DNA of 64,000 bases, taken from assembly GCF_009914755.1 (NCBI RefSeq), contig NC_060925.1. The stretch is one strand, 5' to 3'. Numbering within the stretch: position 1 is the first letter of the stretch; each line of letters starts with the position of its first letter. The position numbers and the translations under genes are program-made. Below, one piece after another: positions 12,871 to 25,500 of this stretch. This stretch comes from the human T2T-CHM13v2.0 reference genome, Homo sapiens. Below the pieces are notes generated by a model. The model made no database searches. It worked only from the letters and a program-made list of their open reading frames with translations, and was not told the origin of the DNA.

Positions 12871-13801
12871 TCTGAGTGGTCCTGGCCGCCCAAGCCCCTG
12901 GGTGGCTCGCAAAGAATCAGCAACTGCGGGGAGGGCTGCCCAGGAGGAGGGGGGGAGCTGCCCCAGAAAGACTGGTGGGAGGCACGGAGACCTCGAGCGG
13001 CCACAGCAAGACCTGACGCTGCCCTGGGGAGGCCGTGTGGGGCCCGTCACCCCTTCTCCACATGGAGGCTGGTGTGGGAAGGAAGCGGGGGCTGGGTCCC
13101 CCAAGTCCTGCCTCCAGCTTGCGGGGTGTTTCCCTGAAGCCACTCCCCTCTCTGGGCCTGGGCCTGTCCAGTGGGAAATGGGATGACCCTGGCAGTCTTG
13201 CTCTTCCCCAGAGTCCTGGGCTGGGTAACGAGGTCTCCAGCCCAAAAGTGCTTTGGAAAGGAGTGTAACCACCTTGAGAAGTCTTGGCAAACTCCAGATG
13301 GCCACGCAGAGGGCCTTTTGCGGGTGCCAGGCTATGTCTGGATCTGACCGGTAACGCTGAGTGCTGGGCATTGCTGCTGTGGAAATGCAGGTGCAGAGGG
13401 GGTGACGTCATCTGCCCCCAGCCACGGGAGGACTGGCAGGGCAGTTAGAGCCCCAGGGCAGTTTGACTGGGCACCCCTTCTCCTGGATGGGTGAAGACCC
13501 TTCTCCTGGGGAATGGCGGGGTGGCTCCCACAGCTGCTGGACGCTGCCGACCGTCAGCCCTGGCAGAGGGAGTGGGGAGTCTTGAGGCTCCACTGCGGGC
13601 TGCTCTGAGAGGGTGCGGAAGCTGCTGGAGTCGGGGTCCCTCCTGCCCTGTGTGGCCTTGGGCACCACTTGCCTTTTGGGTACTCCTGTGACTGCTCTAT
13701 CTTCACAGGAGGAATTCCATTTTAGCTTCCCCATCCCTGGTGGGGGGCAGCGACTAAATGGCCAAGTCTGAGCTTAGGACGGGAGGTTCCTCGGAATGGG
13801 A

Positions 13802-13911
13802 TTTTTTTTTTTTTTTTTTAGAGACTGGGTCTCGCTCTGTCACCCAGGCTGCTGAAGTGCAGTGGTGCTATCATGAATCACGCAGCCTCTAACTCTTGGG
13901 CTCAAGCGATT
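13802..13911 (-). mobile_element. Old Alu monomer fragment (FLAM/AluJ-like)
   Basis: T-run followed by AGAGACTGGGTCTCGCTCTGTCACCCAGGCTG...GTGCAGTGGTG...GGGCTCAAGCGAT. Confidence 0.9.
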
Positions 13912-16114
13912 GGATGGAATTTTTTAATGCTGTCTTCCTTCCCCCTCATCTGCAAGATCCCTAACACCAGGGCATAGCAGCCCACAGTTCTGCCCAGCAA
14001 ACAGGGCTGGAGCATGGGGGTCCCAGCTGGCCTGGGGGCCCTTTGCAGGAAGCCACCTTTGTCAGCCTTGGCCTCAGGGACTCCGCAATTGAGCAGGTCC
14101 TCACTGGGGTCCTTGCCAGCCCCTGGGACTCAGTGTATTCTGGAACTCTCTGGCTTCTGTCCCTCTTAGGCCACATGTTCTATATGGGGGACATGGATGT
14201 CCTCTAAAGAGGATGACCTGTCTTTACACCAGGGCCTATCTTTCATGGCCTTGTTCATACCTTCATGTCTGTCCTCTCTTGGTACCCTGACCTGGTCTCC
14301 ACCCAGCCTCAGCTGGCCCCCTGTGACTGGCACTGGTAGAAGAGGCTGAAGCCCCCCCGCCCCTCCCTCCCCGTAACCATTGGCTCTGCCTGACTCCTCC
14401 CTGTGTGGTGGTCTTACCCATAGATAGCATGGCTGCACCTTGGGCAAGGTTGATGCTGTAGGGGATGGGGAGGCTGCTCTCCTGTCTGGGGCCAGAGGTC
14501 CCTGCATTTGGGAGAGTGTCTTTCATTCTGCCAGCAATACCGAGGCCTCATTTGCAAACCTCTCTGCCAGGGTGTGAAATGTGCATGGAGGCAGAGACCA
14601 CACAGCACAGTGGTTAGCTGCTGGGCTCTGAAGTCAGCCAGCTCTGGGACAACACTTCTCTGCACCTCAGATTCTGCATCCATAATTGGGGGGCCAGCTC
14701 CCCTTTGTGAGCATCCAGGGAGTCAGTAGATGCAAACATCTTAGAACACAGTGATGAGTCAGCGTGAGTCCCCGCAAGCCTGCACCTGGAGTGTTATAGT
14801 GACTTCCACATCATCTTTACCATCTCTCTTGACTGGAGTCAGTGACACCAGTCCTCCTCCTGTAAATCTCTGTGGTCATAGATTCTTCTGATTTCCCAGC
14901 AAGGAAGACTGCTCGGTGTGGCCCCTAACATCTCGCACTGTAGCCTAGAGAGCGGCAGAGCCCTGCCACATAGCATGGCTGGGGAGGTAGAACCTGGCCT
15001 CTGCCCCCGGTACAGAATGGTCTCTGAGCCCTTTTGACCTCCAAGTCTCAGAGACTCTGAGGACACAGGGTGACAGGAGAGACTGGAGCAAGCAAGTATC
15101 TGCACGTGCCCCACCCCCTGCAACTACACAATTCCTGGCACTCACGGGCCCCGCCTTGGCCTGGCACGCCTGCTTGGGTTTCTGCCCGTGTGGTTTCCCC
15201 TTGGCCTTTCTATCACGTCCGCTGGCAGAGCATCCCCAGCTGTCTGCATTCCTGTGCCATGAGGACGGCCACCTTGGGGCCAGGCCTGGCTAGGACGCCC
15301 CCTGAGAGTGGAAGCGTGTGTGCTGGCCAGGATGTGCAGGGACATAGCTTCAGGCACCTGCTTCTCCATGCTTGTGCATGGCTGTGCCCGTGTGTCCGTG
15401 TGTGCATAGGTCTGTGCATGCATTGGCAGGTATGCACAGAGTGGACACAGACAGCTGTGTGGATACACATGAGTGCCATGCAGTGGAGGCCTATGTGGGA
15501 GGAAACATACAAGCTCCTGGGGGCCCCATGGGCCTGTGAGTGGGGACCTGCACTCATGCATGATGGTGAGGCACGCATGTTTCCCATACCTGAGGGCCCT
15601 TGCATATGTGAGGGTCATGTACCCAGGTGTGGCCCTTCTCAGGTCAAGCTCACAGCCACAGGAGGAAGTTGGAGGAATTGAAAGAAGGGGGTCAGGATGA
15701 AATCAAACGCAGAGAACCCATTTGCCCAGCAGAGCTGGAAGCTTCCCACATATTCCCCTATTTACTCTCATACCAATCCCTGGAGGGATAAATGCGGGAG
15801 AAATGGCCCTCTCTGAGCCTCTCTGTTTGAAGTTAGGGTTAGGGTTATGGCTATTTGAGGCTCAAAGAGGGACCAGTCACTTGCCCAAGGTCACACAGCC
15901 TGTAAGTGGTGGAGCCCCTGCCAACTGTGTGTCTACCTGACTCTAGAAGCTGTCAGTCAGGGAAGGGAGGCAGAGGAGCTGCTGCCAGGGCCTGAGAACA
16001 GCAGAGACCTGTCCACTGTGTAGCCCAGGGCCCAGCAGGTCCTTTGGAAGATGAGAGCCTCTGAGTGGCCTACCCAGGCTACGTGCACCCTGGACCCCAG
16101 CTGCTACAGCTGGT

Positions 16115-16415
16115 TACTATTCTAATAAACATGTGTAGCCGTTGCTCTGTGCCAGGCCCTGGTGTAAGTGCTTTGCACACAACAATGCATCTAATTCTCT
16201 CTAATGCCCTAGGAGGCCAGTGCTATTATTATTCATTATTATTATACTATGTATAAGATTTATATTATGTGATATGTAATAATAATTATTAATAGACTAT
16301 TATTATTCTTATTTTTAGAGATGAGAAACTGAGGCACATTAGGTAAAGTAACCTAACTGAAGTCCCACTGCTAATACCTGGCACAGCTGGGATTCCAGCC
16401 CATGCAGCTTGGCTC
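16115..16415 (-). mobile_element. MIR SINE interrupted by an AT-rich tract
   Basis: TGTGCCAGGC...TAAGTGCTTTGCAC...AGATGAGAAACTGAGGCAC...AAGTAAC; ends approximate. Confidence 0.65.
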
Positions 16416-17879
16416 CAGGGTCCGAGGGCAGCCCCCAACACATGCCACTCTGACTGGCATCTCCTTGTGCGTGAGACAGAACCCGACCTCACCCTCTTTC
16501 TGCTGGGTGGTCTCTACATTCAGGCCCAAGGAAGTTGAGGGCTGGGTGCACCAGCCTCTTACCTCACAGACGGGGAAACTGAGGAAACTGTGTCTGTACT
16601 GGTATAGTGCCTGGGCCTTCAAAGGTACTCCCGGTGCCCAAGCAAGCGCTGACTTTGTCTGTTCCTCACTTGCTATGGGAGTTGAGACAAGTGCTTGCCC
16701 AGTTCCCAGGGAGAGCAGGTAGGAAGGAAGTCCTGAGAGGAGGCGGGGCAGGCCTGGCAGCGGGCACTGCGTGGGCAGGCCAGTGAAGGCGAGGCTGGGC
16801 CAGGGCTGAAGTCAAGGCTCTGGAGCCGGTTTTCCCAGGCTGTATCTGAGTAATCCTGTGTCTATATTTATCTCCTCCTTTCCTGGGTGAGCAAAGAGAG
16901 CCTGATGCCAGCCAGGCCCGCCAACGCCCCCCCCCCCCATGCCAGCACGTTTCCTTCACCTGTAGGGTGGCCCTGGAGAACACCGCAGTCTTGGCCCTCA
17001 GTTCAGCTTGGCCTATGTAGGACACACAAAAGGGTGCTTGAACCCAGTGGCTTCTGTGAAGAATCTAAGTGTCAGAGGTGGCCAGGGATTATCCAGTCTG
17101 GGTTGCTGCAGACATGGGCAGTCATAGCCTGGGCAGTGTCGGTGCATTGGAGGCCTGGGAAGCACCCTCTACTCTCAGCACTCAGGAACAAAGGGTCCTC
17201 TTATCTCAGATGTGTCAGACATGCCTTTCATTCCCGCATTCACACGTTGCTCTAGATGTTGGTCCCCTTTCCCTCCAGGATGGTAAATTCCAAGAGAAGG
17301 TCTGCGTGCCCAGAGGTCTAGAACACAGGCTCTAGAGTCAGACTGCTCTGAAGCTGGATCCTGGCACCCTGACCTTAAGCTAATAACCTCTTCATGACTC
17401 TATTTCCCTGCTTGTTAAATGGGACCAATACTTCCTACCTTCCAGGGATCATATGAGTGTTAAGTTAGAGGCATTATGCGCTGACAGATTGGATGGGCTG
17501 TGCTGGGGAGGGGCTGTCTGTCCCCACCTGCAGGCCACAGGGGACATACACACATGGCTCTCACAACAGGCACACACTAATGGATACCCCTACTTTTGAG
17601 AGGAACATGCGGCCTGAACCCAGGGTGGATTAAGTGGGTTGGAGCTTGATCCCTGGGAAGACCCCAGAAGTTGCAGAAGCCGGATACTAACTTTGCTGAG
17701 AGCCTCTTCAGAGGTGGAGGAGGCAGGCTAGGTGGCCATTGTCAAGAGATGATGCAGCGTGGACCAGGCCTAGGTGTCATCACCCTGGACCCTCGCCAGG
17801 ATCACCATGGCTAGCTAAGCCCCTGCCCTGACTCTGGCCTCTGCCCTGGTGGTGCCACCTCCCTGACCTTGGAGCGGCC

Positions 17880-18190
17880 TGGGTCTGGTGCACGTGCACG
17901 GCAGGCCCATCTGCTCCCAGGCTGGATTAGGCAGAGTCCGAGGACGTGCCGGGCTGGCAGGCTCAGGGGCGGGGCGGGCGCTGGTGCTGGGGCTGCCCTA
18001 TGCCAGCTCAGGCCTGGGCTGTGGCAAAGCCTTTTATGGCTCTGGCGGAGAGCTCAGCCGGCAGCACCCATTGGCTGGACTGGCACTCCCAGCTGGGGCT
18101 GCCCAGCCCCAAACCACGGGTAACTAGAGACGCCGGGAGCAGGTGGATTAGCATGCCCGCCCGCCCGCCTGCCCGCCCGCCCCAGGGCTG
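17880..18190. promoter_or_regulatory. Second GC-rich candidate regulatory element
   Basis: Palindrome GTGCACGTGCAC 17888-99, ACGTG 17944-48, tandem GC boxes 17966-78, CArG CCTTTTATGG 18030-39, inverted CCAAT 18070-74. Confidence 0.55.
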
Positions 18191-20036
18191 TTCTTTTCCT
18201 TTCCTAAAAAGGCAGAGCTGGGCAGGAGAGACGGACAGTTGAACTCAGGCCTGGGGTAGAGGAGGGATGGGTGGGGTGGTGCAGGTGGCTTTGTTGAGGG
18301 ATCGGGAATCACAGCCCTGACCTTGGGCCAAGCACTTCCCAGCTCTGGATGTCAGTTTTCTCATCTGGAAGGGAAGCAGTAGGCAGCGGGGTCCCCCTGA
18401 AGTAGGTGATGCCTGGAAAGGACCGAGGAATATGCATGTTGGGGTCCCCCAGCCCCAACCCAGGTTCCAGGGCTGCTTAGTAGCAAAGAGGCCCAGATTC
18501 TCTTTCCATAGGAAGCTAACCACTTCCCAAATATCGGGACCTGGTTTCAACTCCTGGCCCTGACACTTACCATGATGTCCTTGGGAAAGCAGTGTCACCA
18601 CTCTGGCACCCTGAACCTGGGCAAATAACTTCACTGTGACTCAATTTCCTTGCGTGTTAAATGACGCTGATACTTCCTACCTTCCCACTCTAGAATAGAT
18701 AATGAGGTTATAAGGCATCTCCTCCCAGGGTCTCCTGAGCAGTGCCCATAATGAATCCCAAGAAGCACAGCCCCATCTGCACCCTCTTCACCTGCTCTCT
18801 GTCCTCCACCAGCTCTTCCTTCTTCTCTGCACTCATGCCCATCTCAGGCTGGCCCATCCTATCTACAGTGGCCCACACCCCACTGGAGTCTCCAGGACAG
18901 AGTGTGGCCTCCAGGTTCTGAGCCCAGAGAGGACCCAGGCCTAAGGGTGAGTGTAGGATCCCCGAGTCCTGCATCCCCAGCCCAGACTTGGACTTGGACC
19001 CGGACAAAGCTTGGTGAAGGCCTCAGCAGCAGCCAGCAGTGGCCACCACCCTCTGAGGCTGGGGTCAGGGGGACAGGTGAGTGGTCCTGCCACTTGCCAG
19101 GGTGTGATCTTGGGCTCTCCCCTTCATCTGCAAATGGGAGTGTGCACCCTGTCCTAGTCCACTCCAAATGGGAAAGTGCTTCATGAACCTCAGAGAGCAG
19201 CCTGGGAGGCCTGCTGGCCAGCGATGTGTGAATGATTGGTGGGCCTTGGGCCTGTTGGCAGCCAGTGGAGGAAAGAATTCACAGGCACTTTTCACGCTCT
19301 CAGTTACTGGAATCTAGGCCCTGGTGTCGGCTGGTCATTCCTTGCACCTGTGGCCTCAGGCACAGGGACCTAAAATGGCTACCAGATGGCCATACTGACA
19401 AGTCAGGAGGCTGCTGGAGAGAAGCCCCAGCTGGACCCTGAGTGGTCACAGCTGGACAGTCTGAGATTCCGGGCTCCCCTGGAGCCCGAGTGTGAGATGG
19501 GAGGAGGAGGGAGGACCTCAGTTTCCCTGAAGGACTACATGGGAGCCACACAAGGGTTTTCTAGTCCTCATACTGCCCCTACCTAGCTGTGCAACTTCGG
19601 CTCCTGGGGGCCCTTTGGAGCTTCTGTTTTCCTCTCTAAAAATGGGGACAGTAACTCTCATCTTGCTGGTTGTTGTAGGGACTACAAATCAAATTTGTAA
19701 AATGCTGGACACTGGGCCTAGCACATACTATGCTATTCTTCTTCTCCTTCTGGGGCTGATGCGGGGGGTCTACTTCCCCACTGGCCTAGACTGAGACATG
19801 CCCCCCGCATGACCCAAGGACGTGCTCCCCAGGCACCTGCTCCAACGATGGCTCTTCGTCCTATGATTCTAAAGCCAGCTGCCACGTTTGCTCCCAGGGC
19901 CTCTTCTGAACTGTATTTTTTTCACTCACTCACTGTAAAAATCCAGCACCTTTGAGGCTAACACTGTCAGGCCCTCCTCCCTCCCATCGCTGACATCTGC
20001 TCATCTCCTCTTCCAATTCTGAGAAGTCCTAGCCTT

Positions 20037-20391
20037 GTATGATTATCATTACGGCTGTTTCCAATTATTCTCATTCTCCTTCATTAGGCATGACCACGTG
20101 ACTTGCTTTAGCCAGCAAAATATGCATGGAAGGGATAGTTGTAGTTTCCACGTAAAAGCATTTACTTGCCAGTAGGAGGCCACGAGTACTGTATTTGCCT
20201 CAGCCCCTGGGGTCATGGAAGCACAGGGAAGGAGCCTCTATCAGTTTAGGTTTCTGACTAGGATAAGCATAATTCCCCTGCTGACCCACAGTGAACATAT
20301 AGTGAGGGAAAGAAATACACTTCCCTTTGCATTCAGCCACTGAGTGTCTGGGTTGCTGGTTTCTGCTGCGTAACAGAACCCATCCTGACTG
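20037..20391 (+). mobile_element. Ancient MaLR LTR (MLT1-type) remnant
   Basis: ACCACGTGACTTGCTTTAGCCA and 3' end AGAAATACACTT...AGCCACTGAG...CATCCTGACTG resemble old MLT1 LTRs; subfamily uncertain. Confidence 0.55.
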
Positions 20392-21814
20392 TTAGGCCTT
20401 GGCTCACAGCCCGGATCTCCACTTAAGCCCTGCAATCCTCAGTGATGGCCTCATCTGCCACCTGCACAGCCCACTCAGCACCCTGGACTCTCACTTCCTG
20501 ATCTCTTTCATCGCACCTCAGCCACACCTGTGGCTGACACGGTCTTCATCCAACGAGTTAAGACAACTCACAACATTTTCCTGTTTTCATCCAAGTGGTC
20601 ACTTGACCACTGGCCTTTCTCCTTATCAACCAGGCCTGTTTGTTCCCTTCTCAGCGTGTGGGCTCAGTGGCTGGTGGCTTCAACCTCTTCACTCGCCAGT
20701 GACTCACCTCCAGTAACTCATTGTCCTTGTGTCCCATGGCCTGGCTAACCCTGGGCCACCTTCCCCATGCCTACAGCCAGCGGCTGAGGACTGCTGGAAA
20801 AACCACACCGCTGAGCAGACAGAGGGCAGCCGGCCCGTGATGCTATGCAGGTGCCTTCCCTGTTTCCCTGGCGGCTTCCTCTGGCTCCCCTCAAAGGTCA
20901 TTCACTCCTACTCAGGTGTCTTTGATCTTCTCACCCAGCAGCTTCCTCAGGTGACTTCACTCTATTTCCCACATACAATCCATTCTTAAGAGTGTCCTCA
21001 ACTTCCCGTCACCAAATAGACACACTGACTTCATCTGCACTTCCTCCCTCCCCTCCTTTTAGGCCACTGTGGGAGAGGAGTCTACATCTGCTCTTCATCA
21101 AGCCAGGCTGAATTCTCATCTCCTCACCAGCCAATCACACACTCAGCTTCCTTTCCCTGCACTCCACGCGCCCCCCAACAACTGCCCCAGCTCTCCCCTG
21201 TCTCTAGCCTAGGCCCCTAGAAGGTGTCTGTGTCTGCTACCTCCACTTCCCCACCTTGCCCTCACTCCTCAACCACCACCATCCACAGCCACCATTTATT
21301 CATTCAACACTCAGCAGCATCTATGAAGGGCCCACTGTGCGCCAGGAACTGTACTAGTCCAGCTTTCCCAAAAGCCGGCAACAATTCATCCTCTGATTGC
21401 TTTGAACGAACAGACCCTCTTAGGCTCTTAGCACTAAACTTCTGGACGGCGTTTACCCTGAGAATCCCCCTTGATCGTCCATTAATATCTCCTTCTCATG
21501 GCTCCCTTCGTCCTCCCGACCCTTAGGACTTTTCCAGGAAGAGTCCCCTGGGTGATGCAGACTCACTCTGGATTAGCACTGTCATTCTCTTCCACCACAG
21601 CAGTGATGGCCGCTGTGATTGAGTAACTGATGATGGCCTCCCCTGCTACAATGTGAGCTCCTCGTGGTGGATCTGTGTCTGTCTTGCTCGCTGTTGTATC
21701 AATGACTGCCTCTCGTTGGCACTCGGCAAATCATTGCTGAATACAAAAGGTGAGGACTCCATATCTTTTCCGCCCGTGTAACCCCAGAACCCTGTGCAAA
21801 GCCTGCTCGGAAAC

Positions 21815-21990
21815 AAATTGTTGAAGGCTTACTATGTTCCAGGCTGTGTTAGCCACCCTGTATATGCCATCTCATTTAATCCCCACGCCAGCCCTTATAG
21901 ATGTGGATCATGACCCTCCACTTTACAGATTAGGAAACAGACGCACAGAGAGGTTAGGTGAGTTGCCCAAGGTCTCACAGGCAGTAAGCG
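21815..21990 (-). mobile_element. MIR SINE
   Basis: CTTACTATGTTCCAGGC...TCTCATTTAATCC...TTTACAGATTAGGAAAC...GAGAGGTTAGGTGAGTTGCCCAAGGTC. Confidence 0.75.
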
Positions 21991-22044
21991 CTGTGCCTCC
22001 CCCACTGCCAACACTCAAGAACCAATTCACTACTCATCTTGAAG

Positions 22045-22355
22045 TGAGGTGAATGGGGGTCCCCCCGAAAGTTAAGTTTATGTCCTAAAGCCTGGAATCT
22101 GTGAAAGTGGCCTTGTGGAGGCAGGGTCTGGAGTGATGAGTGTATAAACCAGGGAAGGCCAAGCATTGCCTGCAGCCACCAGAAGCTAGGAGGGGCATAG
22201 AATTGATTCTCCTTCAGAGCCTCCGGGAGGAATCAACTTTGCCAACACCTTGACTTTGGAGTTCAGGCTTCCAGAACTGTGAGAGAATAAATTTCTGTTG
22301 TTTAAAGCCACCTAGTTCGTGGTGATTTGTCACAGCAGACTAGGGAACAAATACA
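22045..22355 (+). mobile_element. MaLR LTR (MLT1C/D-like), internally deleted
   Basis: CCACCAGAAGCTAGGAG...GATTCTCCTTCAGAGCCTCC...CTTCCAGAACTGTGAGAGAATAAATTTCTGTTGTTTAAAGCCACC...AAATACA. Confidence 0.85.
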
Positions 22356-22569
22356 GGCCCCAAACCACATGGTGCTATATCTGGTGCTTCCTCGCGAGGC
22401 CTTTCCAGGGTCTGCAAGAGTGTCCTGGGCTGTGTGACCGCAGCCTAGTCACCTCCGCTCTCTTGGCCTGACTGCTCTGAAGCAAAATGAGCACTTGGGA
22501 TGCCAAGTATCCTTCCAACTCTGACATTGTGGAACCCTCTAGAAAAACCATGAGCCAGGCAAGCAGGGC

Positions 22570-25500
22570 TATGTTGGGATTTTCAAATTTATTCCAACAT
22601 GCTAATTCTTTTTTTTTTAAAAAATATCCTCAGGCTGAACACTCAGCCAGAGCTGTAATAAAGGCAATTATTATACTTGTAAAAACTTCTCATTCACAGT
22701 ACAGATGTAATTTACAACAAAGGTCACACACATCAATACTGAGCATTTTTCCTTTTGTACGTCAGACTCTGTGCTTTAGACCTGCGTGGATTTTTGTTTT
22801 TTTTTTTTGTTTGTTTCTGTTTTGTTTTTTCTTTTGCACTGATATATACCATACCAACATTGCAAGATGCAAGTGTGGAAACTGGAGTTTAAATAAAATT
22901 ACAGGCAAAACTACCCCATCCCAGTGCGGTTGCTGTACATATCTACAGTACAATTTTTGGAATGTATTGCCATTTAAGAACATAGAAACTTTCTACAGAC
23001 AATTTCACATACAGAATACGTACACCTTTTAGAAAAAAAGGCAAATATTTATCTTACAGAGAGCATTGTATTTTACATTTGCCTGCACGTTTCTTTTTTC
23101 TGTTTCTTTTCTTTCTTTCTTTTTTTACATACTAGATTTATTAAAGTGACCATAAGTGCCGAAGCGGTTTTCTAATGGAAAGCAGACTGGATTCACAACA
23201 CAGAAGCAGAATTGGTGGAACAGGCTTTCGGGAACTTTCTTCCCCTGGTCACACGGCAGATCGGTCCCCAAGGACAGGTGCTCAGCCAGGACTTTTGCTT
23301 TAAGAAGGATTTGTCTGGAGAAAGGACTAGAGAGAAATCCAGCTCAGATGTATTGCTCATTCCTCTTCAGAAGGACTGGGTGGGAATGGAGCAGGGGCTA
23401 GAGGAATCTGGAAGCTAATTCTTTTAGGCTTTTTCCAACAGAGGGAAGCAGAGGGACTTCTGGGTCTGGAAGTTGGAGCTTACGGAGGCGACAGTGCAGG
23501 CAGCTGGCTGCTGTCGGGCTCCTGGAGGGTTGCAGGGGTTGAGCCCAGAGTGAGAGCCACAGGTGCGGGCGGGAGCAGAGAGGAGTGGGGTTACTACCCA
23601 GGATGGCCCTGAGATTGCCAAGGGTGAAAGGCATCGTGGAGCGCAGGCCTGGGGGGCAAGGACTCACCAACCAAAGGCAAGGTTTGGCTCTGAAACCTCG
23701 ACCAGTTGGTTCCTCCCCCACTGCCCACACCCAAGGACCAGGACTAGTCTGTACCGAGGAATGGCCACCCCGCGCATTTCAACAGAGCACGTAGCAGGCA
23801 TCTGTGCCAAGTCAGCCACTGCCTCCTCTGCTGCTTCCCTCAACAGGCACAATAACATCACAGGCAAACAGGAAGCTTGGAAGTGACTGGGAGCAGGGCA
23901 GAAGGCCCAGAGGAGGGCGTGCATGGGGCGAGCGTCTTTCTCCAAATCATGAAGGTGTACCTGTGGGCTGGGGGCTCTGTGCGCAGAGGAGCGGGACTAG
24001 AGTCCGGAGGAGGGGGTTAGAGCTGTGCCCAGTGACATATACCCAGGCTGGTGGCATTGGTTCTGTCCCTCTGGGCACGGCATCAATGTGGAGGCAGCCC
24101 TTTGGTGAGATTCTATTTGTGCATTTACCCCCATCATTTAGAAATAGTCTCCAGTGACTCCTGGCCCCTGTGGCTTCTCTGCCTGAGCCTGACGGGCCCG
24201 GTGACTGCCGGGCCTCTGCCCTGCCGGCTGCACTGTTCATTGCTAGGCTGCCCAGGGAGGAAACCTTGGGTGGGTAGGCTGTTTGAGTACAGGGAGAAAA
24301 ATGCCCAGGAGAGCTGGAAGGCAGGGTGGGGTGGAGTGGTGTGGGGCCCCCCACCAATGTCAGGGGCTAGTCCACCAGAGCCCCCGGTCTGCTGCTTTGT
24401 AGGTCTGGGGCAGGAAGAGCTTGCCCAGGCAGATTTCTAACCTGGGCTGAAGCAATGCCCTTTATGCAGCTCCCAGACCTCAGCCCTTGAAGTCTCCAAT
24501 CCGTGGGCAGTCCCATGGGTTAGGGCTGAAAGGCAAGGATGAGAAAAGCCCTGGCCTCCTGGGACTTGGAGGAGTCACTTTCTGTCAGGCCACTGTCCAG
24601 CAATATGGACAGTGTGGTCCAGGCTGGGCTTGCTGCTTCTCTTGGGGAGGATGAGAGCCCTAGTCTCTGAGGGAAGCAGCCAGGAGCTGCTGGCTAACCC
24701 TGATTCCCCAGAACCCTGGAGCACAGTGGACTCCCAGGGAGCCCTGCCTTCTGTCTCATTTTTGTCTTAGCTCTGAGGCAAAGGAGAATGAGTGAACAAG
24801 GTGGTCTGGCTGCAGGCTGGACTGTGGCTGGTTTGTCTGTCTAGTAGGGACCAAGCAGGGAAAGGCCACGAATTGGAAGAGGCAAGTACAGCCCCGCACA
24901 GGGAACTCACAGAAGGGTCTTAACCCTCCCCACCTACTGTGTCCTGTACCCAAGCAGCTTCAATAGCTCAAGAGCCCTGGGGCAGGCACTTGATTCACAC
25001 AGCCTGGCTGAGGACTGGGGATTAGCCAGAGAGGTCCCTGCTCTGTATAGGGTGGCATCAAACCCAGCCTTCACGGGCCTCAACCGTAGTCCCTGTGCTG
25101 CCCTCCCTTGTAGAAAGTAAAGAAAATCAGTTCTGAAACACTGGGAAAAAGCTCACCTCTCCCAGTTGGGGCGAACACGCTAGAGTTCAAGTTCCATAGT
25201 TCAATTTGGGATTTAAATTTCTGGTCCTATTATTTTTCTTACAAAGTAGAGTTTTGCCCCAGGAAATGCAGGGCAGCTTCTTGAAAGTAGAGATGTGGGT
25301 AAGGAAGAGGCACTGGCTCACACTGATTGCTTTGGAGAATTCCAACGAGTTAGGACAATTCAAAAATCCTCTAGGTCAAAAGAATCTGTGGTGGCTGGGT
25401 GAAGTATCAAACACCATCCTCTCTCTTTTTAAAAAAGAGGTGTAAGACAGCAAACAGGTCCAGGCCGTATCCACCAGCCACAGTTGTGGGTATTTCCTTG

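Noticed and set aside
12310-13371. 353-aa ORF and overlapping ORFs over the CpG-rich element
   Set aside because: Pro/Arg/Gly/Ala-rich in all frames, as expected from stop-poor GC-rich DNA; no domain recognised.
22487-23032. 181-aa + strand ORF
   Set aside because: Antisense to the HIVEP3 3' UTR and crosses T-runs; no recognisable protein features.
24591-24614. 9-bp hairpin CACTGTCCA-GCAATA-TGGACAGTG in the 3' UTR
   Set aside because: Too short to distinguish from chance without conservation data.
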